From positions 6,110 to 70,109 of the forward strand of contig JBAZWN010000008.1 in the NCBI GenBank assembly GCA_041660285.1: a stretch of DNA of 64,000 bases, given 5' to 3'. The stretch is from Methylobacter sp. (lineage in GTDB: Bacteria; Pseudomonadota; Gammaproteobacteria; Methylococcales; Methylomonadaceae). The position numbers and the translations under genes were made by a program. Under the pieces are notes generated by a model. That model ran no database searches. It had not been told where the DNA came from and saw only the letters and a list, made by a program, of their open reading frames with translations. This document shows, piece by piece, positions 26,716 through 38,281 of this stretch; the stretch's first letter is position 1; the number at the start of each line of letters is the position of its first letter.

Positions 26716-27529
26716 TTGTAAACCTGTCCAGCCAGATTTGTATTTGCTCAGTTTTAAGGCCAGCCAGGAAGCGAGTGTCAGCGATTTGTTTAATAGGCCA
26801 GATGCCAACAATTGAATTGCAGATAAATATTTCATCAGCCGATAATAGCTCATCTTTAGTAAATGTGTGCTCAATTAGTGAAAGATCATGCTTAGATGCT
26901 AACTCTATGATAATGCCGCGCATAATACCAGCAACACCTGCTAACTCAAGTGATGGGGTATAAAGTGTGTTATTTTTAATATAAAAGAGATTTGTCATTG
27001 TTCCTTCAATAACATGATTATTGATATCCAGCATCAATCCTTCCTGAATTTCAGGATCATTCCATTCAGCTCTCGCCAATACCTGCTCAAGCCGATTCAG
27101 GTGCTTGATGCCGGCCAGCGCAGGATTTAAACCCAGGCAGGTATTGCAGAAACGGGCAACGATGCCCTGCTCTTTGTATGAGCTTGGATAATCGGGAAAG
27201 GGATGAAGACTTAATACGCGGGTAGGCTGGATCACATCAGGCTGACGATAGCCTCGTCCTCCAGAGCCACGGGTGATTATGATTTTGAGTACGACCCGTT
27301 TAGAGCGCTTGCATAGCTCTTTAGCTTCAAGGCGAAGCAGATCGTGGTTTGGCGGTGGAATAGAAAGTCGGCGGCAACCTGAATTTAGCCGGTCTAAATG
27401 GCGTTCAAGAAAAACGGGTTGCCCGTTTCTAACTTCAATCGTCTCGAATAATCCGTCGCCGTATTGGAAACCGCGATCCGATATTTCGATGTGCTCCTTG
27501 CTTTCACCATTTATGAGAGTCATCAGCAA
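26690..27529 (-). CDS. pabC: Aminodeoxychorismate lyase
   Basis: DRGFQYGDGLFETI, GIKHLNRLEQVLAR, EGTMTNLF, GVAGIMR. Confidence 0.95.
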   Translation of the reverse strand: MLMTLINGESKEHIEISDRGFQYGDGLFETIEVRNGQPVFLERHLDRLNSGCRRLSIPPPNHDLLRLEAKELCKRSKRVVLKIIITRGSGGRGYRQPDVIQPTRVLSLHPFPDYPSSYKEQGIVARFCNTCLGLNPALAGIKHLNRLEQVLARAEWNDPEIQEGLMLDINNHVIEGTMTNLFYIKNNTLYTPSLELAGVAGIMRGIIIELASKHDLSLIEHTFTKDELLSADEIFICNSIVGIWPIKQIADTRFLAGLKTEQIQIWLDRFTNEGLHNAR

Positions 27530-27563
27530 GGAGCATCAGGGGCTTTACGATATGGTATACAAA

Positions 27564-28808
27564 TTACTCGTAACGTTTAAACACTAACGAGCCATTAGTG
27601 CCGCCAAAACCAAACGAGTTGGACATGGCCACATCGATTTTCATATTTCTTGCGGTATTCGGGACATAATCAAGATCGCATTCAGAATCCTGATTTTCCA
27701 GATTGATGGTTGGTGGAGCTATCTGGTTTTTGATGCTCAATGCAGTCAATACGGCTTCAATACCGCCCGCTGCGCCTAATAAATGGCCAATCATGGATTT
27801 TGTTGAGCTGACCGCCACTTTATAGGCATGGCCTCCCAAGGCAGCTTTCATCGCCTGGGTTTCGCCCACATCCCCTGCTGGCGTTGACGTGCCATGCGCG
27901 TTGATGTAATCGACAGCATCAGCATTTAAACCGGCATCACGCAGGGCATTTTTCATGCAGCGTGCAGCGCCTTCGCCGCCAACGGAAGGAGTCGTCATGT
28001 GATAAGCGTCGCCGCTCATGCCAAAACCTACTAACTCGGCATAAATCTTTGCGCCGCGGGCTTTGGCGTGTTCCAGTTCTTCAAGAACCACAACGCCAGC
28101 GCCATCGCTTAATACAAAACCGTCACGGTCTTTGTCCCAAGGACGGCTGGCGGCCTGCGGATTGTCATTGCGGCGGGACAAGGCTTTTGCGGAAGCAAAA
28201 CCGCCCATTGCTGTCGGCGATGTTGTGCAGCGCTCTGCGCCGCCGGCAATCATCACATCAGCATCGCCGTATTTAATCATACGTGCAGCGTCGCCAATGT
28301 TGTGCGTGCCTGTGGAACAGGCGGTAACGATGGCGTAGTTAGGTCCTTTTAATCCGTATTTGATTGAAAGGTTGCCTGAAATCATATTGATGATGTTGCC
28401 CGGGACAAAAAATGGCGAGATACGGCGCGGGCCGCTTTTGTCATAGGTTGCATAACATTCTTCAATGCCGGTGATGCCGCCTATACCCGAGCCGATAGCA
28501 ACGCCGATGCGTTCAGCATTAGCCTCAGTAACTTCAATGCCTGAATCTTCAATAGCCTGACAACCCGCTGCAATGCCGTAATGAATGAAACCATCCATGC
28601 GTTTGGCGTCCTTGTCCGGAATATACTGGGTAATGTCAAAATTTCTTATGACGCCGCCAAAGGTGGTGGCAAAAGAAGAAATGTCGAAAGAATCAATTGG
28701 GCCTATGCCGCTTTTGCCGTTAATAATGCCATCCCATGTTTCCGGAACAGTGTTAGCTAAAGGAGTGACAGCGCCTAATCCAGTTATTACAACTCGACGT
28801 TTGCTCAA
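27564..28808 (-). CDS. fabF: 3-oxoacyl-ACP synthase II
   Basis: TACSTG catalytic Cys, [26 protein letters not shown]. Confidence 0.97.
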   Translation of the reverse strand: MSKRRVVITGLGAVTPLANTVPETWDGIINGKSGIGPIDSFDISSFATTFGGVIRNFDITQYIPDKDAKRMDGFIHYGIAAGCQAIEDSGIEVTEANAERIGVAIGSGIGGITGIEECYATYDKSGPRRISPFFVPGNIINMISGNLSIKYGLKGPNYAIVTACSTGTHNIGDAARMIKYGDADVMIAGGAERCTTSPTAMGGFASAKALSRRNDNPQAASRPWDKDRDGFVLSDGAGVVVLEELEHAKARGAKIYAELVGFGMSGDAYHMTTPSVGGEGAARCMKNALRDAGLNADAVDYINAHGTSTPAGDVGETQAMKAALGGHAYKVAVSSTKSMIGHLLGAAGGIEAVLTALSIKNQIAPPTINLENQDSECDLDYVPNTARNMKIDVAMSNSFGFGGTNGSLVFKRYE

Positions 28809-28856
28809 TGTGATTTACCGTAAGAATTAAAGTGAAGATGGGAATAAAGGGCTAGA

Positions 28857-28941
28857 GGATGAACCGAGTGAATGCGCTCCTGCATCCCTAAAGAGTCTAC
28901 TTTAGGTACCCACTTGGCCATCCATGGCGTTTGGGTCATCC
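28857..28941. repeat. Small structured element between acpP and fabF, related to the 22831-22876 insert
   Basis: Terminal inverted repeat GGATGAACC...GGGTCATCC; internal hairpins CCTAAAG/CTTTAGG and GCCAT-CC-ATGGC; shares GCTCCTGCAT and CATCCATG with 22831-22876. Confidence 0.55.
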
Positions 28942-28955
28942 ACTAAAAACAGGTT

Positions 28956-29186
28956 TTATGCGTTTTTTACTACGTAATCGATAGCTTGCTGAACAGTTGT
29001 GATTTTTTCAGCTTCTTCGTCTGGAATTTCACATTCGAATTCTTCTTCAAGAGCCATGACGAGTTCAACTGTATCCAGAGAATCAGCACCAAGATCATCT
29101 ACAAATGAAGCATCAGTAGCGATATCTTCTTTAACACCCAATTGCTCTGCAACAATCTTTTTTACTCGTTCTTCAATGTTACTCAT
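28956..29186 (-). CDS. acpP: Acyl carrier protein
   Basis: [12 protein letters not shown] phosphopantetheine motif; start MSNIEE with GAGG RBS. Confidence 0.98.
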   Translation of the reverse strand: MSNIEERVKKIVAEQLGVKEDIATDASFVDDLGADSLDTVELVMALEEEFECEIPDEEAEKITTVQQAIDYVVKNA

Positions 29187-29298
29187 AATTATTATCCTCA
29201 AACAATGTAAGTTAACCAGCGTCTAATCTGATACTTACAATAGTATTTATTGATTTTATTTTGAAATCCCGTCTCCGGAAATTCCAGACGGCGGGGGA

Positions 29299-29328
29299 AT
29301 TATACTTGATATTGCAATAATGTCACAA
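29299..29328 (-). promoter_or_regulatory. Sigma70 promoter of acpP
   Basis: Minus strand GTGACA-N16-TATAAT (or TTGTGA-N18-TATAAT) in the fabG-acpP gap; hairpin CCGTCT/AGACGG (29269-29291) at the 5' end of the predicted transcript. Confidence 0.65.
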
Positions 29329-29330
29329 TA

Positions 29331-30059
29331 TTAAGGCATAAACATGCCCCCGTTTACATGAATGGTGTCACCTGTAATATAGGCGGCGCCTTCAGAAGCC
29401 AGAAATGAAACGGCATGCGCAATTTCTTTGGCTTCACCCAGCCGGGCCAGCGGAATGGACGAAAGCAATGTGTTTTTGATCTCATCGCTCAATTCCTTAG
29501 TCATATCGGTGTCGATAAAGCCGGGCGCCACGGTGTTGATAGTAATATTGCGCGAACCCACCTCCTTGGCCATCGATTTGGCAAAACCGATCATTCCTGC
29601 CTTTGCAGCGGCGTAATTTGCCTGGCCCGCATTTCCGGTAGCGCCGACCACGGATGAAATATTGATGATGCGCCCTGTTTTGGCCTTCATCATGCCGCGC
29701 AGCACGGCTTTGCTCATGCGAAAAACGGAGGTCAAGTTGGTGTTGATGATGTCATCCCACTCCTCATCCTTCATGCGCATCAGTAAATTATCGCGGGTAA
29801 TACCGGCATTGTTAACCAGGACAGCAGGAGCGCCAAAGTCATCATTTATTGTTTTCATGACGGCTTCGATAGAGTCAGCCGAAGCGACATCCAGTTTGAT
29901 ACCCTTGCCATTTTCGCCCAGATAGGCGGAAATCGAAGCGGCGCCGCTATCGGTAGTCGCGGTGCCGACAACAAAAAAACCATCTTCAGACAGTCTTTCA
30001 GCGATTGCCCGGCCAATGCCACGGCTCGCTCCTGTTACCAAAGCTATTTGCTTAGCCAT
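29331..30059 (-). CDS. fabG: 3-oxoacyl-ACP reductase
   Basis: TGASRGIG, NNAGITRD, NYAAAK, APGFIDTDM. Confidence 0.97.
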   Translation of the reverse strand: MAKQIALVTGASRGIGRAIAERLSEDGFFVVGTATTDSGAASISAYLGENGKGIKLDVASADSIEAVMKTINDDFGAPAVLVNNAGITRDNLLMRMKDEEWDDIINTNLTSVFRMSKAVLRGMMKAKTGRIINISSVVGATGNAGQANYAAAKAGMIGFAKSMAKEVGSRNITINTVAPGFIDTDMTKELSDEIKNTLLSSIPLARLGEAKEIAHAVSFLASEGAAYITGDTIHVNGGMFMP

Positions 30060-31002
30060 TTAGTTGCTCCAATACGTTATTTAACGTTTCCGTGTCATAG
30101 ATGGTCATATGCTCGGCATCCTTGGCGATACGTTTGTTTAAACCAACCAACACCTTACCGGGACCGCATTCAACAAAACAGGTAACGCCCTGATCATGCA
30201 TGAACTTAATGCTGTCCGACCATCGCACGGGTTTATATAATTGCTCTTTTAATGCATTCCTGATGACTTCAGGAGCGCTATGCGCGGCGACATCCACATT
30301 ATGGATCAGTGTCATTTTTGGCATGCCGATGACAGTATTCTGTAATTGCTCATTCAGTTTTTCAGCCGCAGATTCCATTAGTGCGCAGTGAGAAGGAACG
30401 CTGACCGGCAACAGTACCGCCCGCTTAGCCCCTGCTTCTTTTGCAGTAGCCATCGCTCTTTCAACAGCGGCAACATTGCCGGCGATGACCACCTGCCCTG
30501 GCGAATTAAAGTTGACGGCGGAAACCACTTCATTTCCTGCTGCATCGGCACACACTTTGACAACCTGATGATCTTCAAGCCCCAAAATGGCCGCCATTGC
30601 GCCAACGCCGGGGGGCACTGCTTCCTGCATCAACCGGCCTCTCGCCGCAACCAGTTTAATGCCGTCTTCAAGCGACATGGCCTCTGAACAAACCAGGGCC
30701 GTATATTCGCCCAAGCTGTGGCCTGCCATCCAGGATGGGCGGGTAGTACTGTGCTTGCACCAGACTTCCCATACGGCAACGCCGGCAGCCAACATGGCTG
30801 GCTGCGTATTATGCGTTTGATTGAGCTCGTCTTCCGGACCATTGGCGACAATTGACCATAAGTCCTTGCCCAGCGCATCGGAGGCGCGTTCGAACGTATG
30901 TTTCACTTCCGGATAGCTGGCAGCCAGATCGGCTAACATGCCGACGGATTGGGAGCCCTGGCCGGGAAAAACAAAAGCTAAGTTATAAGTTTGGCTATTC
31001 AT
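30052..31002 (-). CDS. fabD: Malonyl CoA-ACP transacylase
   Basis: FPGQGSQ, GHSLGEY, VSVPSHC. Confidence 0.97.
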   Translation of the reverse strand: MNSQTYNLAFVFPGQGSQSVGMLADLAASYPEVKHTFERASDALGKDLWSIVANGPEDELNQTHNTQPAMLAAGVAVWEVWCKHSTTRPSWMAGHSLGEYTALVCSEAMSLEDGIKLVAARGRLMQEAVPPGVGAMAAILGLEDHQVVKVCADAAGNEVVSAVNFNSPGQVVIAGNVAAVERAMATAKEAGAKRAVLLPVSVPSHCALMESAAEKLNEQLQNTVIGMPKMTLIHNVDVAAHSAPEVIRNALKEQLYKPVRWSDSIKFMHDQGVTCFVECGPGKVLVGLNKRIAKDAEHMTIYDTETLNNVLEQLNG

Positions 31003-31013
31003 TTCAATGCATT

Positions 31014-31982
31014 TTAATATTTAATTAATGCAGAGCCCCAGGTGAACCCCGCTCCAAATGCTTCAAGCAAGACCACTTGTCCGCGCTGAATACGGCCATC
31101 ACGAATCCCTTCATTTAAGGCAAGAAGCACGGATGCGGACGATGTATTGCCCTGATTCTCAAGAGTCAAAATAACATGATCCATGGACATTTTTAATTTT
31201 TTCGCTGTCGCTGCGATAATCCGCGTATTGGCCTGATGAGGTACCAGCCAGTCAACATCGGATTGCTGCATATTATTTGCAGCCAGTGTTTCATCAACAA
31301 TGCGCCCCAGCGTATTGACCGCCACTTTAAAGACTTCATTGCCGCGCATGCTGATGTAGCCAGATTCGTGCTTGTTCGCTGCTGTTGCGGCCTGTGGATT
31401 TGGACAATACAGCAAATCTTCATATTCCCCATCGGAATGGATATGCGTTGACAAGATACCGGCTTCATCTGATGAACTCAGCAATAAAGCCCCTGCCCCA
31501 TCGCCGAATAAAATGCAGGTGCTTCGGTCTGTCCAGTCGACTACGCGCGAACAAATTTCAGAACCCACAACCAGAACTTTCTCGGCCGCACCTGATTTTA
31601 TATATTGATCAGCAATGCTTAAAGCGAAAATAGAGCCTGAACATGCAGCCTGCACATCAAATGCTACGCAGTTTTTGATGCCCAAGCGCTGCTGCAGCAA
31701 ACAGCCTGTGCTGGGGTAAACGCGATCGGGGGTTCCTGTTGCAACGATAATCAGGTCGATGTCTTCCGGTTGGATTTGTGCCGCGTCAATGGCCTGTCTT
31801 GCAGCAATTTCGGCCATGCTTGAGGCGGTTTCATTAGGCCCGGCTATCCGACGGCTTTTAATGCCGGTCCGCTCATAAATCCAGCTGTCGGATGTATCAA
31901 CAGTCTGTGAAATTTGCTCATTGGTGCGAACTTCTTCCGGCAAATAGCCGCCGGTACCGATTACTCTTGAATAACGAGTCAT
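31014..31982 (-). CDS. fabH: 3-oxoacyl-ACP synthase III
   Basis: AACSG, FGDGAGA, PHQAN, GNTSSAS, GAGFTWG. Confidence 0.97.
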   Translation of the reverse strand: MTRYSRVIGTGGYLPEEVRTNEQISQTVDTSDSWIYERTGIKSRRIAGPNETASSMAEIAARQAIDAAQIQPEDIDLIIVATGTPDRVYPSTGCLLQQRLGIKNCVAFDVQAACSGSIFALSIADQYIKSGAAEKVLVVGSEICSRVVDWTDRSTCILFGDGAGALLLSSSDEAGILSTHIHSDGEYEDLLYCPNPQAATAANKHESGYISMRGNEVFKVAVNTLGRIVDETLAANNMQQSDVDWLVPHQANTRIIAATAKKLKMSMDHVILTLENQGNTSSASVLLALNEGIRDGRIQRGQVVLLEAFGAGFTWGSALIKY

Positions 31983-33007
31983 GCGCTTTCTCTCAGAGCT
32001 AAAGTTTTTTCAACTTGTTCGCTTATTTTTCTAATGACATCTTTTTTAACTTCAACTTCGGCAAGATGAATAGCCGTTTTAAAAGCCAGTTCATCTGCGC
32101 CGCCGTGGCTCTTGATCACCAGTCCGCGCAAGCCCAAAAAGCTTGCGCCGTTGTAAAGCCGTGGATCTATGCGCTTTTTAAATGATTTAAGTACCGGATA
32201 GGCCAGCAACCCCGCCAGTTTCGTAAAACTGTTTTTGCCAAAAGCTTCTTTTAGCGCGGTGCCTATCATTTTTGCCGCGCCTTCAATGGATTTGAGCGCG
32301 ATATTGCCGACAAAGCCATCAGCAACGATCAGGTCAACATTTATATGGCCTGCATTCAAGGAATCCCCTTCCACATAGCCGATATAATTCAGTGACGAAT
32401 TCTCCAGTAATTTTGCAGCCGCTTTAACCTGCTCATTACCTTTCATGTCTTCTTCGCCAATATTTAACAGGCCTACTTTGGGGTTATCAATGTTTTCAAC
32501 GGCTTTAACCAGTTCAGCTCCCATGACGGCAAATTGAAAAAGGTGTTCTGCAGTGCAGTCGACGTTTGCCCCCAAATCAAGCGCATGGGTGTGCCCATTA
32601 ATCGACGGTAGCGTGGAGATAATGGCAGGACGATCAATACCCGGAATCATTTTCAAAACAAAGCGCGCAGTAGCCATTAATGCGCCAGTGTTGCCGGCGC
32701 TAACGCAAGCATCCGCTTGCCCATCGCGCACCAAGTTGATGGCAACCCGCATTGACGAATCTTTTTTGTTTTTTAATGCCTTGGATGGCGACTCATCCAT
32801 TTCAACGCATTGAGATGCGTGCTGAATAGTAAGCCTGTCTTTGTAATCGACTAAAGCCTGCGTCAACTGTTGCTTGAGAACAGTTTCGTCACCCACTAAA
32901 ATAAGTTTTAAGTCTGGATTGTTTTTTAAGCAATCCAATGATGCTGGAATGGTAACTTTAGGACCGTGATCCCCGCCCATTGCATCAATCGAAATTGTTA
33001 GACTCAC
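31979..33007 (-). CDS. plsX: Phosphate acyltransferase PlsX
   Basis: [40 protein letters not shown]. Confidence 0.97.
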   Translation of the reverse strand: MSLTISIDAMGGDHGPKVTIPASLDCLKNNPDLKLILVGDETVLKQQLTQALVDYKDRLTIQHASQCVEMDESPSKALKNKKDSSMRVAINLVRDGQADACVSAGNTGALMATARFVLKMIPGIDRPAIISTLPSINGHTHALDLGANVDCTAEHLFQFAVMGAELVKAVENIDNPKVGLLNIGEEDMKGNEQVKAAAKLLENSSLNYIGYVEGDSLNAGHINVDLIVADGFVGNIALKSIEGAAKMIGTALKEAFGKNSFTKLAGLLAYPVLKSFKKRIDPRLYNGASFLGLRGLVIKSHGGADELAFKTAIHLAEVEVKKDVIRKISEQVEKTLALRESA

Positions 33008-33093
33008 GCTTACGAATGACTCCGGAGTTATTAAAAAGAAGCCGAATCAGAACTGATCCGGCATACCATCACTCTAAAAGGCGGGAAGATTGA

Positions 33094-33276
33094 TTAATCT
33101 TCGTTGCCAGTAGTCACGATTTGGCGACCTTTAAAAAAACCGTCTGGAGTAACGTGGTGACGCAAATGAGTTTCACCTGTCAATGGATCCTGAGACAATG
33201 CTCTTTCTGTTAAGGCGTCGTGTGAACGACGTTGGCCACGTCTTGAACGTGTTACTTTACTTTTTTGTACTGCCAT
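33094..33276 (-). CDS. rpmF: 50S ribosomal protein L32
   Basis: [28 protein letters not shown]. Confidence 0.97.
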   Translation of the reverse strand: MAVQKSKVTRSRRGQRRSHDALTERALSQDPLTGETHLRHHVTPDGFFKGRQIVTTGNED

Positions 33277-33803
33277 TATAAATCTCCAATGTTTTTAAGG
33301 TTGGCTAAGATGGAAAAAGGATTTTCTTTAGGTGATTGCTCGTTATCCGATAATAAATCCGCTTTATTATTGTCTAAATCAGGAGCTAAACAGTTATGCT
33401 GATGTTTTGGAAATGTAGGTATAACGAGTAACAACTCATCTTCTACAATGCTCTTTAACGGAACTTTTCCTTCCTCAACTAACAATGGTTCATAATCTTC
33501 CGGCAATCTATTGGCTTGATCTATTGATGTGACAATGCCCAGCCGGATGTCGGCATTGACAGGCCATTCCACAGCCTGCAAGCAATTTTGACATTCAAGC
33601 TGCAAAACCGCTTCTATTCTACCTTCAATTTTGGCTAATCTTCCTTCCCTGCCAAAAAAAAGATCCACAACAACAACGCCCTCATCGCTAAACAATATAT
33701 CCGCTAAACGATCCAAGCTGCTTACAGGTATTTGCCCCTTCAACTCACCACGCTTATCAGCCAGGTGCAAAGGGTCTATATATTCGGGCAATCGATCTAA
33801 CAT
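33276..33803 (-). CDS. yceD: YceD / DUF177 family protein
   Basis: LECQNCL, EDELLL..P..PKH, NPFSIL; yceD-rpmF synteny. Confidence 0.92.
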   Translation of the reverse strand: MLDRLPEYIDPLHLADKRGELKGQIPVSSLDRLADILFSDEGVVVVDLFFGREGRLAKIEGRIEAVLQLECQNCLQAVEWPVNADIRLGIVTSIDQANRLPEDYEPLLVEEGKVPLKSIVEDELLLVIPTFPKHQHNCLAPDLDNNKADLLSDNEQSPKENPFSILANLKNIGDL

Positions 33804-33812
33804 AACCGGCTA

Positions 33813-33841
33813 ATGGTATCCGGAAACGGCAAATGCGTCAA
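33813..33841 (-). promoter_or_regulatory. Sigma70 promoter of yceD-rpmF
   Basis: Minus strand TTGACG-N17-TACCAT, ending 9 nt before the ATG. Confidence 0.6.
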
Positions 33842-33950
33842 ACTCTAAATAAGCCACTTTATAAAATGAAAGATGTGTAATTACGAGTTCAACACCAATA
33901 GAAAGGGTTTTTGAAACACATCCATTGCTGCATCGACGCCATATGATCAT

Positions 33951-35081
33951 TCAATTCCATTTCGACCAGACGGTGCGGTTCACGTAATCCACGTAACTCA
34001 TTACGACACGAAGAATTTGTTTAGACACTGTACCTGTCTCATAATCCTGAACCGGCTGCATAACACGATTGGTCTTGTCGTGCTGGGCGATGATGACGCG
34101 CACCGCATCTAGCACCCGCTCTTTCTTTAGACCGCTCATGATGAGCGTACCAACATCCATGCCTTCCGGGCGTTCATGCGCATTGCGAATGGTGATCGCA
34201 GGCAGATTGAGTAGCGAGCCTTCCTCAGTGATCGTGCCGCTATCGGATACTACGCACAACGCCTCCATCTGCAATTTGATGTAATCGCAGAATCCGAAAG
34301 GTTTAAGGAATTGGATATGTGAATTGAGCTTGCCTAATTCCAAAGCATCCAAACGCTTTCTGGTGCGCGGATGAGTGGAGACAATCACAGGACAGTCGTA
34401 GGTTTCCGCGAGCGCATTGAGCGTCTCGACCATATCCAGCAGATTCTGCGGAGTATCGACATTCTCTTCGCGGTGCGCGCTTACGATAAAGAACTTGTTC
34501 GCAATCAGTCCCATGCGTTGCAGCACGTCCGATTTCTGGATCTTCGGCATGTAATGATCCAGCACCTCGCGCATGTGTGAGCCTGTCTTGATGATAGTCT
34601 CAGGAGGTATGCCCTCGGCAATCAAGTAACGGCGGGCATGTTCAGTCAATACCAGATTGATGTCGCTCAAATGATCCAATACCTTGCGGTTAAGCTCTTC
34701 CGGCACGCGCTGATCGAAACAGCGATTACCGGCCTCCATGTGGAACACCGGAATCTTGCGGCGCTTAGCCGCTATAACCGCCAGACACGAGTTAGTATCG
34801 CCGTACAGCATGACTGCATCCGGATTTTCTTTTTCCATGATCTCATCGGACTTTTCTATCACTCGCGCGATGGTCTGCGCGGCGTTCTCGCCCACTGCCT
34901 CAAGGAAATGATCCGGTTTGCGAATGCCCAAGTCTTCGAAAAATAGTTGGTTCAGTTCGTAATCGTAGTTCTGTCCTGTATGCACCAGAACATGTTGGGT
35001 GTGCTGGTCGAACTCAGCGATAACCCGGCTCATTTTGATCAGTTCGGGTCTAGTCCCGACGATGGTCATGACTTTAAGCAT
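33951..35081 (-). CDS. UDP-N-acetylglucosamine 2-epimerase family (FnlC/QnlB-type)
   Basis: GTRPE, HTGQNY, GDTNS, HMEAGNR, HREEN, DSGT, ERPEG. Confidence 0.9.
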   Translation of the reverse strand: MLKVMTIVGTRPELIKMSRVIAEFDQHTQHVLVHTGQNYDYELNQLFFEDLGIRKPDHFLEAVGENAAQTIARVIEKSDEIMEKENPDAVMLYGDTNSCLAVIAAKRRKIPVFHMEAGNRCFDQRVPEELNRKVLDHLSDINLVLTEHARRYLIAEGIPPETIIKTGSHMREVLDHYMPKIQKSDVLQRMGLIANKFFIVSAHREENVDTPQNLLDMVETLNALAETYDCPVIVSTHPRTRKRLDALELGKLNSHIQFLKPFGFCDYIKLQMEALCVVSDSGTITEEGSLLNLPAITIRNAHERPEGMDVGTLIMSGLKKERVLDAVRVIIAQHDKTNRVMQPVQDYETGTVSKQILRVVMSYVDYVNRTVWSKWN

Positions 35082-36084
35082 TTAGTTCTTCCTTTATGAA
35101 ATCCAGTTTCGACAACAGTTTTTTAACTTGCTCGACATTTAGGCGCTCGGTATTGTGAGAAGTATAATCGTGCTGATGGGATATCTTTTCTTCACCCTCG
35201 CTAAAGAATTGGGCGTAATTCAGATCACGATTATCCGCTGGGATTCGGTAATACCCACCCATGTCTTCCGCTTTTGCCATTTCCTCACGCGAGATCAGTG
35301 ATTCATATAGCTTTTCCCCGTGTCGCGTGCCGATAACACGAATCGGATTGCTCTTGGCAAACGTCTCTTTTAACGCCTGTGCGAGATCCTCTACCGTCGA
35401 AGCTGGCGCTTTCTGTACAAAAATATCACCCTGCTTGCCGTGCTTAAACGCATACAGCACCAAGTCTACGGAGTCTTCCAGCGACATCAGAAAGCGCGTC
35501 ATGTTCGGGTCTGTGACCGTGAGTGCCTTACCTTCTTTGAGTTGCGACACGAACAACGGGATGACCGAGCCGCGCGAAGCCATAACGTTACCGTAACGAG
35601 TCGCGCACAGCACAGTCTCTCCAGCATTTTGCATGCGCGCTTTAGCGATCATGAACTTTTCCATCATGGCTTTGGAGATACCCATCGCATTGATGGGGTA
35701 TACTGCTTTATCCGTGCTCAACATTACTACTCGCGACACACCGCGAGCAATGGCTGCTTCCATCACGTTTTCCGAACCCATCACATTAGTGCGCACCGCC
35801 TCCAAGGGATAAAACTCGCACGAAGGAACCTGCTTCAACGCTGCTGCATGGAATACGTAATCCACGCCCTTCATCGCCTGATAGATGCTGTTGTAGTCGC
35901 GGATGTCGCCAACGTAGAACTTCAATTTCGGATTGTTCAACGCGATGCGCATCTCTTCCTGCTTTTTCTCATCGCGACTGAAGATACGGATCTCGCGCAC
36001 TTCCGTCGAAAGGAAGCGCTTGAGTACAGTGTTCCCGAAAGAGCCCGTGCCGCCGGTAATCATCAATACTTTATTTTTGAACAT
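35074..36084 (-). CDS. fnlA: UDP-GlcNAc 4,6-dehydratase/5-epimerase (FnlA/WbjB/CapE type)
   Basis: TGGTGSFG, FSRDEKKQ, LKQVPSCEF, STDKAVYPINAMGISK, RHGEKLYE, YTSHNT. Confidence 0.9.
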   Translation of the reverse strand: MFKNKVLMITGGTGSFGNTVLKRFLSTEVREIRIFSRDEKKQEEMRIALNNPKLKFYVGDIRDYNSIYQAMKGVDYVFHAAALKQVPSCEFYPLEAVRTNVMGSENVMEAAIARGVSRVVMLSTDKAVYPINAMGISKAMMEKFMIAKARMQNAGETVLCATRYGNVMASRGSVIPLFVSQLKEGKALTVTDPNMTRFLMSLEDSVDLVLYAFKHGKQGDIFVQKAPASTVEDLAQALKETFAKSNPIRVIGTRHGEKLYESLISREEMAKAEDMGGYYRIPADNRDLNYAQFFSEGEEKISHQHDYTSHNTERLNVEQVKKLLSKLDFIKEELNA

Positions 36085-36100
36085 AATTTCTTAGTTTAAG

Positions 36101-36955
36101 CTATTTATTAAAATACATTAATTTTACCAGTTCAGGCCAATCAGGCGCCACATATCCAGTCGCTGCGCGGAAACGCTCTGCATTCAACGAACGATCTATT
36201 TCAAACCGGTCTTCTCGCACAATATCAATAGACTTGCCATACACTTCGGCAATCAGCCGCAACAAATCATATTTCGCGATAGGTTTGGCAGCAACATGGT
36301 ACAACCCAAACATGTCGGGTCGTGGTATTACCTCATCCCGGATGACCTGTGCAAAAACAACCGTAGGCAATCCTGAAAAAATCGCATGGGCAAAGCCTTC
36401 ACATTGTCCCTGCTGCGATAAAAACCAGTCGAGCAAGCCATGAGTGCTCTGCAGCTCATGTCCAATGGTTGAGGTACGCAAAGTAATAGTGTGCGGATAA
36501 TTGACTTCTCCCAGAAATTTCGACTTACCATATACATCGGCTGCATCCGCAGGGTCGTCTTCTGTATACCCCCCTTTTTTTCCAGAAAAAACGCAATCCG
36601 TGCTGATATGAATTAAACGCGCACCTGTGAGGTCACATAATCCTGCCAGCCGATGAGGCATCAGCGTATTAATGGGAATGGCCGTCAGATGGTCTTCTGC
36701 ACCCGGCAGATGTTTGGTTAAACCCGCGCAATTAATGACCACATCCGGATGCACCTGTGCAAACACTTTGACTAATACATCGTGATTCCCAACATCAATC
36801 CCCGTCACCAGCCGCTTGGCAATCTTTGGACTGAAAAATCGTTTCACATCGCCAGAGCGAACGGTTCCGAACACATTCCACTCTTCTTTTTCGTTCAGTA
36901 CACGTATAATTGTACTGCCGATCATGCCACTGGCACCGATCACTAAAACCTTCAC
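36101..36955 (-). CDS. RmlD-like NDP-4-keto-6-deoxyhexose reductase (QnlA/WbvR type)
   Basis: GASGMIG, HISTDCVFSG, YGKSK, LRTSTIG; GTG start at 36955 with GGAG upstream. Confidence 0.85.
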   Translation of the reverse strand: MKVLVIGASGMIGSTIIRVLNEKEEWNVFGTVRSGDVKRFFSPKIAKRLVTGIDVGNHDVLVKVFAQVHPDVVINCAGLTKHLPGAEDHLTAIPINTLMPHRLAGLCDLTGARLIHISTDCVFSGKKGGYTEDDPADAADVYGKSKFLGEVNYPHTITLRTSTIGHELQSTHGLLDWFLSQQGQCEGFAHAIFSGLPTVVFAQVIRDEVIPRPDMFGLYHVAAKPIAKYDLLRLIAEVYGKSIDIVREDRFEIDRSLNAERFRAATGYVAPDWPELVKLMYFNK

Positions 36956-37111
36956 TGAATATCCTCTCCGCTTTTTGACGTAGCTCTGCAAGAGCCTGAT
37001 CAAACAATCATGTTCAAGTATTTGATAACACTGCCGTCGTTGTCACCTATTACTTACAGTCAATCCTACCCAGGACTGTATCCGCAGATGAGAAGGAGGC
37101 ACCTTACCCGA

Positions 37112-38206
37112 CTACTCGTAATAGGCGTTGGTATAGTAACCGTGGTGTTTCACGAGCTCATCACGCTCCGCAGTTTTGAGATCTTCCCTCACCATTTCCT
37201 TAACCAACTCATCGAATGTTGTTTTGGGTTGCCAGCCGAGCTTATCCTTGGCTTTAGAAGGGTCGCCAAGGAGCGTTTCGACTTCAGTGGGACGAAAGTA
37301 ACGTGGATCGACTGAGACAATGCATTTCCCGGATGCGTCATAACCTTTTTCATCCAAGCCCTCACCATCCCAGCGGATCATAATACCTAATTCATTGGCA
37401 GCAATATTAACAAAGTCACGCACGCTATATTGTATCCCGGTGGCAATAACAAAATCTTCCGGTTGCTCCTGTTGCAGCATTAGCCACTGCATTTCAACAT
37501 AGTCTTTAGCATGCCCCCAATCACGTAGAGCATTAAGATTGCCGAGATAAAGGTGTTCCTGCAATCCAAGCTTGATGCGAGCCAATGCACGGGTAATCTT
37601 TCGCGTTACAAAATTCTCTCCTCGAACTGGCGATTCGTGATTGAACAAGATGCCGTTACAAGCATACATACCGTAGGCTTCGCGGTAATTAACCGTAATC
37701 CAATACGCATAAAGCTTGGCGACTGCGTAAGGTGAGCGAGGGTAAAACGGGGTGGTTTCTTTTTGTGGAACCTCTTGTACGAGACCATACAGCTCAGAGG
37801 TGGAAGCCTGATAGAAACGTGTTTTCTTTTCTAACCCAAGAATGCGGATAGCCTCCAACACACGTAAAGCGCCCAATGCGTCAGAATTGGCTGTATACTC
37901 AGGTTCTTCGAACGACACTGCGACGTGGCTTTGTGCGGCCAGATTATAAATTTCAGCCGGCTGCACTTGTTGAATAATTCTGATCAAGCTGCTCGAATCG
38001 GTTAGATCGCCGTGGTGCAGAAAAAAACGCACACCATCCTCGTGCGGATCGCGGTACAAATGGTCGACACGCGCTGTATTAAAGGTTGACGCGCGGCGCT
38101 TAATGCCATGCACTATGTAACCTTTATTTAGAAGAAGCTCAGCCAAATAGGCTCCGTCTTGTCCGGTAACGCCAGTGATCAACGCAACTTTTTTGGTTTC
38201 TCTCAT
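37112..38206 (-). CDS. gmd: GDP-mannose 4,6-dehydratase
   Basis: [47 protein letters not shown]. Confidence 0.97.
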   Translation of the reverse strand: MRETKKVALITGVTGQDGAYLAELLLNKGYIVHGIKRRASTFNTARVDHLYRDPHEDGVRFFLHHGDLTDSSSLIRIIQQVQPAEIYNLAAQSHVAVSFEEPEYTANSDALGALRVLEAIRILGLEKKTRFYQASTSELYGLVQEVPQKETTPFYPRSPYAVAKLYAYWITVNYREAYGMYACNGILFNHESPVRGENFVTRKITRALARIKLGLQEHLYLGNLNALRDWGHAKDYVEMQWLMLQQEQPEDFVIATGIQYSVRDFVNIAANELGIMIRWDGEGLDEKGYDASGKCIVSVDPRYFRPTEVETLLGDPSKAKDKLGWQPKTTFDELVKEMVREDLKTAERDELVKHHGYYTNAYYE

Positions 38207-38281
38207 TTCAGTCCTTTCTTTTTTACGGCTATTTGCCGTAGTTGTCTTCCTGGTGATGTTTCGCGCCGACCACCAATATTT

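Noticed and set aside
26716-26874. N-terminal extension of the mltG ORF
   Set aside because: Lies within pabC in another frame and does not resemble MltG; ATG 26715 gives the normal TM anchor.
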